The notes below the pieces were generated by a model. It had not been told where the DNA came from. It ran no database searches and saw only the letters and a list, made by a program, of their open reading frames with translations. The translations under genes and the position numbers were made by a program. Below are positions 38,327 through 52,123 of a stretch of DNA of 64,000 nt, piece by piece. Origin of the DNA: Callorhinchus milii (lineage: Eukaryota); contig NW_024704742.1 in the NCBI RefSeq assembly GCF_018977255.1, positions 66,838,001 to 66,902,000 on the forward strand. Direction: 5' to 3'. Each line of letters begins with the position of its first letter. Positions within the stretch are counted from its first letter, which is position 1.

Positions 38327-38690
38327 TAGTCAGAAGGTTGTGGGTTCAGGCCCCACGTTGGCACTTGAACTCATATAGTATGAGTTGACACTCCAATGCA
38401 GTGCTGGAGCAGATGCATTGTCGGAGGTGCTGTCCTTTGAATGAGACATAAAACTGTGGTCCCGTCTGCCTGTTCAGGTGGACGTTAAAGATCCCCCGGC
38501 ACTATTTGAAAATAGAACAGAGTTTCTCCCAGTGTCCTGACTGACAACCTCCCAAATAAAATTGGTGATTAGTTTCATGGCTCTTTAGGGGACACTGGTC
38601 TGCAGCGTTCGGAGACAAATACACTAAATTCAATGAAGCTCTTTGGGGCATCCTCCTGATGAGAAAGGCGCTATATACAAAATTATTATT
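38327..38690 (+). mobile_element. Ancient DeuSINE-like element (SacSINE1/AmnSINE1-type central domain). Related copies at ~1-255(+), ~930-1150(-), ~5700-6045(-), ~6860-7335(+), ~7710-8065(-), ~16000-16410(-), ~50655-51040(-), ~59190-59610(-)
   Basis: The shared core gcattgtcggaggtgctgtccttt...gtctgcctgttcaggtggacgttaaagatccc..ggcactattt recurs across the window. Family assignment is from recall of the Deu domain, not from a search. Confidence 0.75.
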
Positions 38691-39029
38691 ACGTGTGGCT
38701 AACTGGATCGAGTTACATGAACAAAAAATTCCAGACTGCATAACACAATTATAGAGTGCTTAACTGACAGGATATATACGTGGATTAGGCAGTTGAGTTG
38801 GGAAATGTGAACACTAAGGTTAGCCAGCATTTCAATATTAGAGAGTATGGCCTGATTTCTCCCCCCCCCCCCCCCCGCCCAGCGTGCGATGAGAAAAAAA
38901 TTCAGTTACTATTTTGAAATAAATATCTTTAGTCACATATTTAGTGAACATTTCTGGAGTCAAATCACAGGGCCAACTTTTGAGATGAGTTGTTTCCCCC
39001 TCCCCTGTTTCTCTTGTTTTTGTAGGGTA

Positions 39030-39368
39030 ACGCTCGCTTTGCAAGTGAGAGGACCCGGGTTCGATTCCCAGACAGGTGAAACATTAAGCAAGTTTTTTTT
39101 GTTATTCCACAAACCTCTGTTTACCTAACAATAAGTAGGAACCTGGTTGTTATTCGATTGGCAGATCGCTTTCTGGGATAATCACTTAAATTTAAAAAAA
39201 ATAATAATTTGGTCACTCAATCCACGACTGTTTGTGGGTGCAATTGGCTGCCGCATTTCGCCCACAAAATATACAGTCAATTCACTTCACAGTATATTCT
39301 GTGAGGCACTTTGAGACATCTTGAAGATATGATGAAGTGCTATAGCAAATCCAAGGATTATTCTTATT
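39030..39368 (+). mobile_element. Older-subfamily SINE
   Basis: B box GGTTCGATTCCC, body and tail as in other copies. Confidence 0.82.
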
Positions 39369-40444
39369 CAAATGTATGAAATATTTTCAGAGAAGCATAG
39401 GAATATATACAACTGGAAGAAACTCAAGTAAAGTACCAAATAAATCCTATAATATCTTTCATACCCAACAATCTTATTTTAGTCAACTAACTATCTAATT
39501 CAGTATTTAATTTTCTGACACATTTTGCTTCTGTTCCTTCCCTGGAAAATCTATTCCTCATACTCTGCAAAGTTATTTAAGATGAATTCTCCTTGTTGTA
39601 GAGTTTGTAGCAGGTTAAAGTATATGAGGATTGAGTCTATCTCCACCCTTAAGGATTGTGAATTCTTCCAATAGGATCTCTCCTGAACTTTTCCTTTTCC
39701 AGATTGAAGATAGTCAGCTTCAATAGACCCTTCTTGTAACTTACCTTGCCTAATTCCAACTGTCAATCTAGCTTCCCCTTTAGTTGACACTTTTGAAGAT
39801 GTGTTAAAGTGCTCTATCAAATGCAAGGATTATTATTATTGCTGTAACTTGAATTTTTCTTTTTGCACCACAGCAGTCAGAACTGAACACCGTGCTCTCA
39901 GTGGGGCAGAGAGTACTCTGTAGAGCTCTGTAACACTTTCTTTCACTTCTGCTGTATCCCTAGATCTTAGTTCATGCTATAATGCTTCCTTACACTATGC
40001 TAATGGTTTCATTGATTTATCAAAGATTTCATAGTTCCAGTTGAAATTCTACGTACTATAACACAGAAAACGTCAAATCATCCCATTGTGCTTGTAGGTA
40101 TGAAATTATCTGTTCAACTGTTCAGCTTGGCTCGATTAGTAGCTCTCTTGCTTCTGATTCAGAAGATTTGGGTTTCAAGTCCCACATTGAGACGTGCAGT
40201 TGATAGTCTAGGCTTGCACTCCAATGGGGATGTAAAATAGTTTAAAAATTTGATAGGGATAACAAATTGTGAACAAAATATTCTACCCAGGTATAAATCA
40301 TGTTTTATTTTTTTGTCAGCTGGATGGATGTCTGAACACATACTGAAATGCATAATCCATGCTTAGGAGTATCCCACCTGTACAAGTTCCCACGTATTGA
40401 GATGGAATGTGTGCACTCACCCTTGAATGATGCATACTGGTTAT

Positions 40445-40830
40445 CTAATTCCAGAGAGTATTAGGCACAAACTGACAAGAACTAAGGCTTGGCGACCCCA
40501 GAGTGCGCGTTGGGGTAACTGCTGCAGTTTAACCAGCCTAAACCGCAATGCTTGCCATTGAGAGCACTGTCTACCAAGCTTTCCTACTGCTTGTCTAGCT
40601 AGGAGCACTCTACCCTTTAGGGCTTTGGCTTGCAGGGTTAACCGGAGCTGAGTGGGAAGACTATCCCCAAGACTGGTGTAACCTCCAAGTTGTGCCGATA
40701 GTTAAGCTGAGTGGTCTGTCATCAGCAATGCCCTGGAGCACTGCAGACCTGCCTACCAGGACCACTCCAGGGTTGACTTAATTTTGGCATTCGCCAAGGA
40801 TGTTATCTCGGAGCCCGTTCAGCTCCAAGG
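40445..40830 (+). repeat. Diverged duplicated segment, copy A (paralogous to 49751-50150)
   Basis: Shared blocks ctaattccagagagtattaggc, cccagagtg, cattgagagcactgtct, agggttaac.ggagctga.tg.gaagact, tggtctgt and tgccctgg occur in the same order and spacing. Confidence 0.85.
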
Positions 40831-42519
40831 AGACCCGACTTTACTACGCCTGCCCCTCCTCCGCCCGGGAGGATGTTTTGAACCTGTCATTCCCTGAAAG
40901 AGTGACTGGATACCCATACCTGAAAAACATTGAATTGAAACATTTTGTTGAGAAAATGTAGTTTCTTTTTGTTTTAAAAAATGCATTAATTGCACCTTAT
41001 TTTGCCCCCTCTCTGTAGTCAAGATACTAATGGTGCATAATTTAACTTTGGAAAATGCTGTGGTTTGTCAAGGGCATCCTGCAAATAACATGTATTTTCT
41101 TATCAAATAACCTGATGTCCCACATCAAACAATAAAATGGCATTGAAGCCTCACAGTAATTTAACATATGCATACAGTCCACTGTTCAGATATATTGAGC
41201 ATCAACCTCATTGGTATTCTTTTCCTGTAAACATAATGCCTGTTTGCAAAGCACCTGTTTCTCCAGTTATGAGGAAGTGACAGCCGTGACTTCCAGTGGA
41301 AATCTTGTGCTTGTATACCCAGTAGTCAAGAGTTGAAACATCTGTTTCTGGTTGAATGCATCCAAATGTTTTTGTTAGAAGAACAAAGTAGTATAGCGAG
41401 CTGACATCTTGGTCCAAACTGATATTTGCATTGTGTGAGGGATTCATCGGAAAAGAGCTTTGAATTTTTCGCACAGATCAGTGCCAGGATATTTTTGTAG
41501 GGTTTCACTTGTCTGCCATAAACCAATTCTTAAAAAATATACTCAGCACCATTATCGGGACATACACTAGAAGTCCATTTTATAGTATATTAATTCCTCC
41601 GTGCCTATGTAAGACAGTCAAAATAAAGCAAAATAACGTTGGTGTTCTAAAATGGTTAATACGTAAAATGAGTCCACAAGTTCGTTTCCAGGTGGGTCAA
41701 CAAGTAATACAATAGATTTGCTGATGGAGTGAAATCCATGCAGTTGGCATTCTTTGCTTTCAAATACTTTAGTACTTTAGGTCCCATACCTCTGGAATTG
41801 AGAACGATTGCATCCAATGCATAAAAGAACAAAAACTTTCAGTTTGACATCTACCCTCAGAGAGGAGAACTGACCTCTACGTACTTCTGAGAACAGCACT
41901 GGAAAATATTACGGAAATGGTTAGAGTAATTTAATGCGACTAACGCGGCTGTAAGAACTTATGTGCAATGTATATGTTGCACTTTAATTGAGATTGATAG
42001 CTATAATACACCACATCACCAACAAGGTTTAAATTAGCAAACTCCAGAGGTCAAACACAATGTTTTTTTCCCATCTCTACTTATTTTCTATTTATGAAGT
42101 GTGACAGTTTTAAAGCTGGGTTAGTTGACTAAATTTCAAGCATTTATATGTAAAACATTGTATTATAACCTTTCAGAGAAGAGAAAACAATAAATTCAAT
42201 ACAGGCATAATGAACTGCTGTCAGCACAGATCCCAAGTGTGATGATTATGAATGACATTCAAAATTGCATAAGGCAACAACCAAGGACTCTTTAAGAATT
42301 TATTTTGTCTAATGTGTGACCAAATAACACTGACTGAAAGCCTGAGTGTGACCATGTCTTTTCATTTGGGTTATTTGTTAATCACAATTTTGAGGTGATA
42401 AATTGTTTTATTAGAGAGGAGTCAGACTTGGAAAATTTCTTGGAAAAGAAGCTCATTGCTAATCACTTATTAAGCTATAATGATCTATCTCACTTTGATT
42501 CTGTTTTGACCTTGATTTT

Positions 42520-42865
42520 ATAATAATATTTGATACAGCATCTTATCACGTCATTGAGATGTCTCCAAGCGCTTCACAGTATACACTGTAAAGTGGGTAT
42601 ATTGTGGGTGAAATACGGCAGCCAGTTGCACATAGCAGTGTCCCACAAACAGCTGTGGATTGAGTGACTAAATTATTTTTTTTGGGAGGGATTATTACTA
42701 CCCAGAAAGCAATCTGCCAATTCAACCAGGTTCCCACTTACTACTGCTTGGTAAACAGAAGCATGTGGAGTAAGGAAACTTGCCTAAAGTTTTGCCCTGC
42801 CTGGGAATTGAACCTGAATCCTCTCGCGTGTGAAGCAAGTGCTCTAACCAATATGCTTTAGGACT
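42520..42865 (-). mobile_element. Older-subfamily SINE
   Basis: Reverse complement is collinear with 28739-29098. Confidence 0.82.
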
Positions 42866-43311
42866 GTACTTAGATAATTGCTGCTTGTATTTTTTAAAAT
42901 ATTGGTCCCTGATTTATAGTTTTGGTAAACAAAACACAAACACAAAATACTGTAGATGCTGAAAATTTTAAAACAAAAGAAGTCCCTGGGAACACTCAGC
43001 AGGTCAGGCAGCATCAATGAAGAAAGGAAAACGAGTCAAAGTTTCGGATCCACGACCACTGAAATAATCACCTACGATTACATCTTGAGAATGTACTACT
43101 ATATATCAAAGGTGTTATTGTGAACTTGCATAGATTACTCAAGAAGCTACACTTTTGTAGGCAGCCACTTCGCACACAGCAATGTCCCATAAACAACCTT
43201 GAAGTGAATGATCAATTCTGCTTGGTAGATTTTTGATCAGGTTACTGGGAGAAACTCCATTCTATTTTCGAATAATCCATTGGGATCTTAACATTTTGAA
43301 CAGAGAGGTTC

Positions 43312-43533
43312 AATAATAATAATAATAATCCTTGCATTTGATATAGCGCTTTTCACGTCGGGAGGACGTCCCAAAGCGCTTCACAGAACACACTGTAAAG
43401 TGAATTGACTGTATATTTGTGGGCGAACGCGGCAGCCAATTGCGCACAGCAATGTCCCACAAACAGTCGTAGATTGAAAATGACCAATTTTTTTTATTAT
43501 TGTTTTTTGGTTTTTTTGGAGGGATTATTATTA
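43312..43533 (-). mobile_element. Young SINE, 5'-truncated (similar copies at 51263-51483 and, older, 59993-60182)
   Basis: Near-identical to the 3' two-thirds of 6194-6503. Confidence 0.9.
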
Positions 43534-46261
43534 TCTTGTTGATACTCGTCAACAAGGTGATGTCTCACCACTGTAATCATAGACAGACTGCAGACATGGT
43601 TGGGAATATCTCACTTGAAGGGTGGCTCCACTTGGCCATTGCAGCATTCCTTCAGGACTGTCTTGGAATGTCAACCTAGACCAGTGGTGGCCAGTCATTT
43701 TGGTTGGACAACAAAATAAATTTTCTTGATTGAATATTTCTTGATTTATATCATAAATATAGAAATATTCAATCAAGACAAATACGCAAACACACTACCA
43801 ATTGAGCACAGATTTACTTAGACTAGTGCGAATGTTCAGGGCGCAGCTTCTTGATGGAATGGGCTGTAGTTTGGCCATGACTGCCCTCGATTATCAGTCT
43901 CAGAATCTGGGAAAACCGAGGAGACCAAGACACAATTACCTTCACTGACTACTTCTCACTGAAGAGTTTGAAGATTTGAGGGGGCAGTGGAATGTTGCAT
44001 TTTATTTTAGTATAGCATTGTAAAAAAAATCAAGACACGATTCCTTTTTGTGCACTTTTAAATCTGAGTAACTATAACAATTGCACATTAAATGTATAGT
44101 TCTGTAAAAATGTTTCTTCACAAAAAAAATAGAATTTTTACTTGACAATGTGGTTAAGCAATGCAGTAGATTTTCTGCAGTGAAACTAGACTGGCATAAC
44201 TCAGCTCAGTTGTTTTAAGGATCTCTACCTGTTTCTATGGATACTGGAGCTGCTTCAATGTGAAGTTATGTCAGAGCTGGAGAAGCTCCTCACTCTCTTT
44301 TGTACTGACATGCTATTGGTTTTGAATCAGTAGTTGCAAGGACTGTCAAACCCTGTGTGGGTTTATCAGCACACTGTGCAGTAATCATAGCTGTGTGTGC
44401 TGTTAATAGCCTGGGTTTCATGTGAAAGCATTTGCTGGATGACCTAATCCTTATTGTGTAAGAATATCCAGTTAATTTACTGAAGTTCTGTATTAAATAC
44501 CAAAGGAAGCTTGTTGTTTTGCATACTAAACTATAATTGATTTTCTTCTGGCAGGACTAGAGTTCTGCAGAGGGTTCATGCAGATAAACCAACTGATTTT
44601 GATTCTGAAATAGTACCTTGAATTCACAATGTACATAAGCATAGTACAATTTTGGGGGGGCAGGTGGAGCTGAGGAACTAGTTATAGTTGAGTTAAGGGA
44701 TGTTGAATGTCACATCTTTTAGAAAATATATTGATCCATTATATGGTAAACTAGGAATTCAGATCTGCAGCAGTTGAATAAGCCAAATAAAATCAGTTTA
44801 CATTTAGAAAATAGATGATTGTTTGGTAAATATCCAGTGCATAGTTGTTTGGAGGAATATTTGAGTAGCTTTGTTTACCAATTAATTATAATCTGTTAGA
44901 AGTAAAACCATCAGTTGAATGAGATTCCTAATAAAATGTTGCTACAAGATGAAAGCTTTTTGGCCTTTTCACCATCCATGCTGTTTTGATGCAACTTTGC
45001 ATTGGTCCCTTTTATCTCTTCGACAAGAATAAAGATAATTTCTAACATAATACATATTTCGGTTGCATCTTAAAATTCTACATAGTTAAGAAATATTTCA
45101 GTCAATATGAAAATGGTGCTCATTACAAATTACTGCTATGAGAGATCATTAACACCTAAATTTTAAATCTGTCTGTTAAGAGGTTAAACGATTATTCATC
45201 CAAGCATTGTTTTGATTATATTTCAGTAATTAGAATGTCAAGAACATGGAGCTAATTTCTAGCAAGTTCATAGTTTTTCCATATGAAACCTTTGAACATA
45301 TCCCATTATATTTTACAGACATGGCTTCCTTTCAGTTAGTGTTAAACACACATATAATCTGGTCTATCCTATTGTCGTATATATTATGTAACCATCATAA
45401 ATTACATGACATCAAAATGTTAACTAAATTGCTGAAAATGTGAAAGCCCTCAAGAGCATCTCTGCTGTAATCAAGATGCAAGTACAGTTTTCCATCTTAA
45501 ATTGAAGCATGTAATTATCATTGTGGAGTGCAATCTTTTTGAAGAGCTTTGCATAATAACTGCCCATCTGACAAAGCTGACCTTCACAGGTATGACCACT
45601 TTCTGTCATTGCCCTGGTAAACCATGTTGAATGGATTTATTCCCAGTAACAAACTGTGTCCAATTGCTTAGAATTGGTATTTTGCAATTGACCTAAGTGG
45701 TTGATTCCATAGCATCTGTTCATATAACATTTTTATTATTGGTAACTCGACATTCTAGAGAATAAGTGAGTGGTTGCTGAAGGCTTGGTGGACATTAATA
45801 GAGAGTGGAGGGAAAGAGGAGTTTGGAACTTGACAGCTTTCCTGACAAGAAAATCTGCGAAGGCAAAGTGGGATACATCATGTTTGATCCACCATTGAGT
45901 AACTAATTGGTGCTCAACAGATCATCATTTGGTAAAATTAAACATTGGCAACAGTGAAAGAGGAAACTGTCCCCTGCAGCCCCTACGTTATTTCAACAAT
46001 AAAATCAATGTACTATACTTGTAAATAGTGCATAAAATAATTAAAATTGTGGACTAATGAAACAGCAACTTTAGCTTTCTTTACTTTAGATTTTAGTTCA
46101 TCAAATCACAATCTTGAAAAATTACTTTAAGTTTGTATGGTTTAAATTTGATTTTTCACACATCTGCAACGCATGCCTGTATTGTTTTGATCCAGCTTTG
46201 TCACTCCATTTCGGTGAATTGAAATGGACAAAGCATCATCACCGTATCATCAAGCGTATAT

Positions 46262-46730
46262 TGGAATGTAGGAACAGGAGTGGGTCATTCAGTCCCTTGA
46301 GCCTATTCCACCATTCTTAGATCATTGCTGTTCTGCACTTCAACTCCAATTACCCGCCTTTGCCCCATATTAGCAACAACAACAGATTACATTTGTATAG
46401 CATCTTTTCCATCAGGAGGACTCCCAAGGTGCTGGACATTCAGGAATTTGGACCTGAGCAGGGTTTGGGATCAGGAGGGGTGGAGGTTATGGCTAGGAGA
46501 GTGGCCCTTGATATGCTTACCTAACAAAAAAAACTATCCACCTCAGTCTTGAAAATGTGAATTGATCCAGCATCCACAGCCTTTAGGGGAGAGAGTTCCA
46601 GATTTCCACTACCCTTTGTGTGAAAAAGTGCTTTCTGATTTCAATCCTAAATGACCTAGCTCTAATTTTAAGATGATGCCATCTTGTTCTGGATTCCCCC
46701 ACCAGAGGAAATAGTTTATCTGTAGTGACA
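46262..46730 (-). mobile_element. CR1-clade LINE 3' fragment, interrupted by an L2 tail. Other CR1-like remnants at ~23740-23880(+), ~27850-28110(+), ~30270-30370(-), ~48430-48720(-)
   Basis: ORF 46583..46783 (KLFPLVGESRTRWHHLKIRARSFRIEIRKHFFTQRVVEIWNSLP) is a typical CR1 ORF2 C-terminus. Confidence 0.85.
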
Positions 46731-49700
46731 TGAAATGTCTCCTGTGAGTCTAAATGGAAATAGAAGTTTTGGGGTAATATCAAAATAGAGATGTAATCAA
46801 ATCAATACAATACAATTTACATTTATGCAGTGTTTTTCAGGTCAGGAGGATGTGTTCTAAATAGTCTAATTTTGATAGGTTTGTGTGTGCATGCAGTTTG
46901 TGGATTGCGGCAAAAGTTTATAAAAAATTCCTTGCTTCTGAATTTTCAGATTCTGTCCTACAGCAATATGATATTGAAGTCATTTACCTAGTTATTGTGG
47001 TCTAAAGGGTTAAAATATGATTTGTCTAACCTGTTTATACCTAGGTTAGTTCCAGTTGTACAGGCAATGGGAAACTCGCGTGACAACTTTCACAATGTTT
47101 TTTGCTGATTAAGTTCCAGTAACATATAAATACAAGTTGTAGAAACCTTGTATTTTCAGTTTATTCAGTGAAATACTCTCCTTGAAGGCAATTTGCTCTT
47201 TAATGCAGTAATCTTATTTATTGAGAGACCTTTGGGATTATAGATGATACTTGTACTTAGCAATTATGAACAGAAACCAATAAGGTTTCAAAATGTAGCT
47301 TGGTGGTATAACTGAAAATAAATTTTAGCTTCTCATCATGTGCCAGCTTGTTTGTTTAGAACATATGCATTCTCAAATTCAAATGATCCAAGTCTGCAAT
47401 GTTGTCTACTGAATTGAATGTGTTTGTCATTGCACGTAAGATGTCCAAGGTGTTATCCTATATCATTTACTTAAATCTAAGTTGTTGAATTCATTTTTAA
47501 ATTGTGGTTCCCAACTATTTTTGACTATTCCCCAATTCCTAGGCAACCCAATTAGCACCAGCAGGTAAAAATATATGGTATTGGTACTGACTCAAAGCAC
47601 TAGTGAATCTCATGGCAGTGGGTGGAGCAGTCTAATTTACCAAACTGCATTACTGTGGAACTCAGGGCTGCCATTGTCATAAAGCTGTTGTGTTTCTCTG
47701 TTTTGGTCATATTGTTCATCACGTTGGGAACTTGAATATGGATGAGTTACTGGATGGGATCATACTGTTCCAAGTTCAATGAAGAAAAAAGATTTTGACA
47801 TGTATTCTTTGCTCCTGACCAAGGTCAAGAACACATCCTACATATCTTAATAGCACACAAGAAAGGCACTACATTGCAGTAGCCCAAAAACCAAGGTGGT
47901 GCAGTTAAAAACCACCACTGTCATTCCTCAGATCAAGTAAACTCCTTCTCAGGTCTGCACGACGCTTTGTGAACCCCACATATCACTGTATTGCATTAAA
48001 TCCTATAAACAACAACAAATTACACTTGTATAGCATCTTCATGTCGGAAAGATGTCCCAGGCTGCTGGACAGTCATAGTTTTTGGACCCAAGATGGGAGT
48101 TGGGGTCAGGAGGGGTGGAGGGCAGGAGGGGTGGGGGTGGGTGGCCGAAGGCACGGTCGAAGAGGAAGGTCTTTAGACAGGACTTGAAGGAGGCAAGAGA
48201 GGGAGTGAGGTGGAGGGATTGTGGGATAGAGATCCACAGTGTGGAGACAGAGATGTTGAATGCCTGACTATGAATGGTGGGATGGGAGGTGCGGGGGACC
48301 TGAAGCAAGCCCCTCCGCTGAGTGGAGGGAACTGACAGGCTGATATGGGGATTTTGAGACATCCTCCCAACTTGAAATGTACTATATTAAATGCAAAAAT
48401 GATTTGCAATAATATAGCACCTTGTTTTATAAACTGAGTATAAGGAGGACAGAAGCAGGAGGAGGCCATTTAATCCATAAAGTTTTTCCACCAGTTTCTT
48501 CAGTTTATTCGATTTTTGGAAGATATTTTAATCCCAATGCTGTTCCCTTTTGCTTTAATTTCTTATTTATCTACTACCCAAGTATCTGTCCATCTCTCTT
48601 TTAAACATAATCATTGATTCCACCTCTAAAACTTTTCAGAACATTATTTTAAATAACTTGATTAAATCACTCCTTAACCTCCTCGGCTCAAAGGGCTATA
48701 TTCTCTCGTCATTGCTAAACTTCTTCAGCCATGTATTTGTCCAGTGAACCGATCATTGCCAATGTGTTGATATAATAAGAAAAATAATTGTTAGTATGAG
48801 GAGAGGATATCTATTAAAGGAGAGCTTTAATATGTGACTTATTTATAGTTAAACTGTAATTAAGCATGAGAATCGGGGCAGCTTTATAAACCGATTTCAT
48901 ATTTCTAGTTTTATTGTGGGCTTGTTCTCGGTTTTTGCGATTTAACAGTTTAGAAATATAAAATTTGATCTTGGGAGCAAATATGTTTTTTTTCACATTT
49001 TCCTGCCGTTTCTTCCAAAAAACTTGTTCACGGTCCTGACATGAGGTTTGAACCCACAACCTTCTGACTGAGTCAAGTGACACCTATTGGCTGACCCACT
49101 ATTCCATGGATGGAATCTTGGTCAAAACCTTTCATCATGTATTTCTGTGGGTTGTGCAGTCAAAAACTTTACTAAGCACAGCAAGTTGCATCGATCTTGT
49201 TTGTATTGAAACTTTTGTCATCAACTTTCCACAGGTTTGGTATCCTGGCATTTATCCATTTCCAGTGGCAGCTTTGGCACTAATTATTCAGATTTGGACA
49301 TTTGCCATAGCCTTTTACAGCCTTTTAATGGAAACCACAGAGTCGGAATGCAGATGCATGTTTGTAAGGTTCAACTCAGGATACCAGCAACTGGAAGACC
49401 TGATTTCTTGGTATCTTCCCATATTTCATCCTGTTTCTTTAGAATATTCTATTTTTTTAAAAAAACACACACAACCTAAGCTGTTTCTGTTGGAGTCGAA
49501 CACAGTTATTGAATAAGTATCTGTGTTTGTGAATACCGGAATTAAGGCCACACCCAACTTGGAAGATTTATTACTGTTTCAATACTCGGGTATGTGATCT
49601 GCTGGTAGATTAATAGAAGTGTTAGGAGATTGTTTAGGAATCATTTTAGTGGGGACAATAAAAGGCATCACTGTGACAAATTGTGTGCCAACAATGTGCT

Positions 49701-49750
49701 TATAGGTTTGCTGATGATTGCTGGCCTTGGAAGGGTTGTACTTTGCTTAG

Positions 49751-50150
49751 CTAATTCCAGAGAGTATTAGGCCCAGGTTGGTGAGGGTCAAGACTTGGGG
49801 CCCCCAGAGTGTTTGTTGCGATATTGCTGGAGCTCAACCATCCAAAACCATATAACGTGTCATTGAGAGCACTGTCTGGTAAGCTTCCCAATGCTTGTCC
49901 AGTTTCGACCACATTACCCATAGGACTTTGGTTTATAAAAGGGTTAACAGGAGCTGAATGTGAAGACTCCCTGCTCTCATTAAATAGTCTGCCTCTCCAA
50001 GACCTACAGATGAACCAAGCTGTCTGGTCTGTGATCACTGCCCTGGTACTATGGACAAGCCTGGTTTAGGTGACAGACTATCAAGAATGTTGGAAGATTG
50101 CCAGCTCAGCACCAAGGAGACATCATTTACCTTTGACCACCTTCTCTCCC
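49751..50150 (+). repeat. Diverged duplicated segment, copy B (paralogous to 40445-40830)
   Basis: Same ordered blocks as copy A. Confidence 0.85.
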
Positions 50151-52123
50151 TAGAAGGACACATAAGGATTGAGCATAGATTAAACATCCATGATTTATAA
50201 TAATAATAATAATAATACATTTGATATAGTGCCTTTCATGTCAGGAGGACAACTTGAAACAATGCATAGGATATTCTGTGAAGTGTAATGACTATTTTGT
50301 TAGCAATTGTGGCAGCCAATTTGCCTACAGCAATGTTCCACAAACAATGTTTGGGGTCAGAGCACTATTTCTGAGCTATGGAGTTTAAATATTGCTGTTT
50401 ATGTCTATGCTTCCATCAGATGCAAAGATTTATGTGGAAATTTCCATCACAGAGGTCCATTCGGCCCCTAGTGTCAATGTTCAGAATTTAACTGTTAACT
50501 GACAAATAGGGAATAACTCTTCAATCGATATATCCAGAATAAGGACATACAATAATCTGAAAATAAGAACTGAATGGTTTAACTTGTAAGAATGTGGATT
50601 GTATCAGACATGAACAAATGATGATGCAGATATTTGGGAAAATAATTTTAAAGAGTAATAATAAACCTTACATTTGGTATAGAGCCTTTCATGTCAGGAG
50701 GACGTCTCAAAGAGCACTTCACAGGATATATTGTAAAGTGTAGTGACTGTATTTGTAGGTGAATGCGGCAGCCAATTTTGGCATTGGAATGTCCAACAAG
50801 CAGCCATAAAGTGAATGACCAATTTTATTTGGGAATTATTTGCCAGGACAATGGGAGAAACTCCTCTTTTCGAATAGTACCATGGAATCTATAATATCCA
50901 CCTGGACAGGCCTCAGTTTAACGAAGGACAGCACCTCCAGCAATGCTGCACACTGCATTGGAGTGTCAGTCCAGGCTATGTGGGTTGAACCCACAATCTT
51001 CTTCTGACTGAGAGGCAGAGTGCTACGGATTGAGCCAGGCAGATACATGAGTGAAACATTCAAAGCACAGGAGGCAATTTAACCCATTGTATTTGTGTTG
51101 GTGAAAACCCATTGAAGGTTTGGGCTTTCGTCCCATTTTCCAACACTGCCTCCATAAAATCTATTAAAGAACATTTTTTATGCATATCTGTTCCATACAC
51201 ATGCGAGAGGGTACTTACGTCATACTCAACTGGGGCTGTGTGGAATAAATTCTATGCATCTTAATAATAATCCTTGCATTTGATATAGCGCTTTTCATGT
51301 CGGGAGGACATCCCAAAGCGCTTCACAGAACACACTGTAAAGTGAATTGACTGTATATTTGTGGGCGAACGCGGCAGCCAATTGCGCACAGCAATGTCTC
51401 ACAAACAGTCATGGGTTGAAAATGACCAATTTATTATTGTTTTGTTTTTGAAGGGATTATTATTAGGCGTGTGGAGTAAGGAATCTTTTGCAATACTACA
51501 CTGGATTTACCTTGCAGTGATGACAGTGTCTGGATTCGCTGTCTGTGTGTGATTTTGCAGTCTTCAGCAGTTTCATTAGTGTCGATATGACTCCTGAGAG
51601 TTAGTTTAAGCACCGATATTTATTTCTGATGATGGTCTTGCTCATGTTTTGTGGGTGAGTCCAAAGTAAAATCTTGAGGATTTTTGTATACTTTAACCTG
51701 TATTACAAGTTGCTGTTTTGAGTCATTTGCCTTACGATCTGGGCCAGTTGTTTAAACAATATGTGCCAGTTATCTATTGATGGCTTTTCATTAATTCATA
51801 GCATTTGATGTGACTTTCATGTAGAATCATCTCAAAGTGTTTTACAGATAATTGCTATCAAATTACGCCCAGAAAATTGATGGTCAATTCATTTTACAGT
51901 GTATTCTGTGAAGCTCTTTGAGACGTCTCAACGACGTGATGAAGCGCAATATCAAATGGAAGTATTATTATGAGCTTGCCCAGGATACAACTGATACAGG
52001 AGATGATATCAGCTGAGGAGTTCCAACTAGATGCTTGCTTTCCTTCTCTCTCCCCCTCCCACTTCCCGAGTTGAACTGGTACAGAACTAGCTCTACCTTC
52101 TTTGTATTGTGATTACTAAGTAC

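Noticed and set aside
49751..50038. 95-aa minus-strand ORF ending PNTLWN*, an ending shared with copy A
   Set aside because: Copy A has frameshifts and stops in this frame, and the substitution pattern fits the + strand at least as well; not called a gene.
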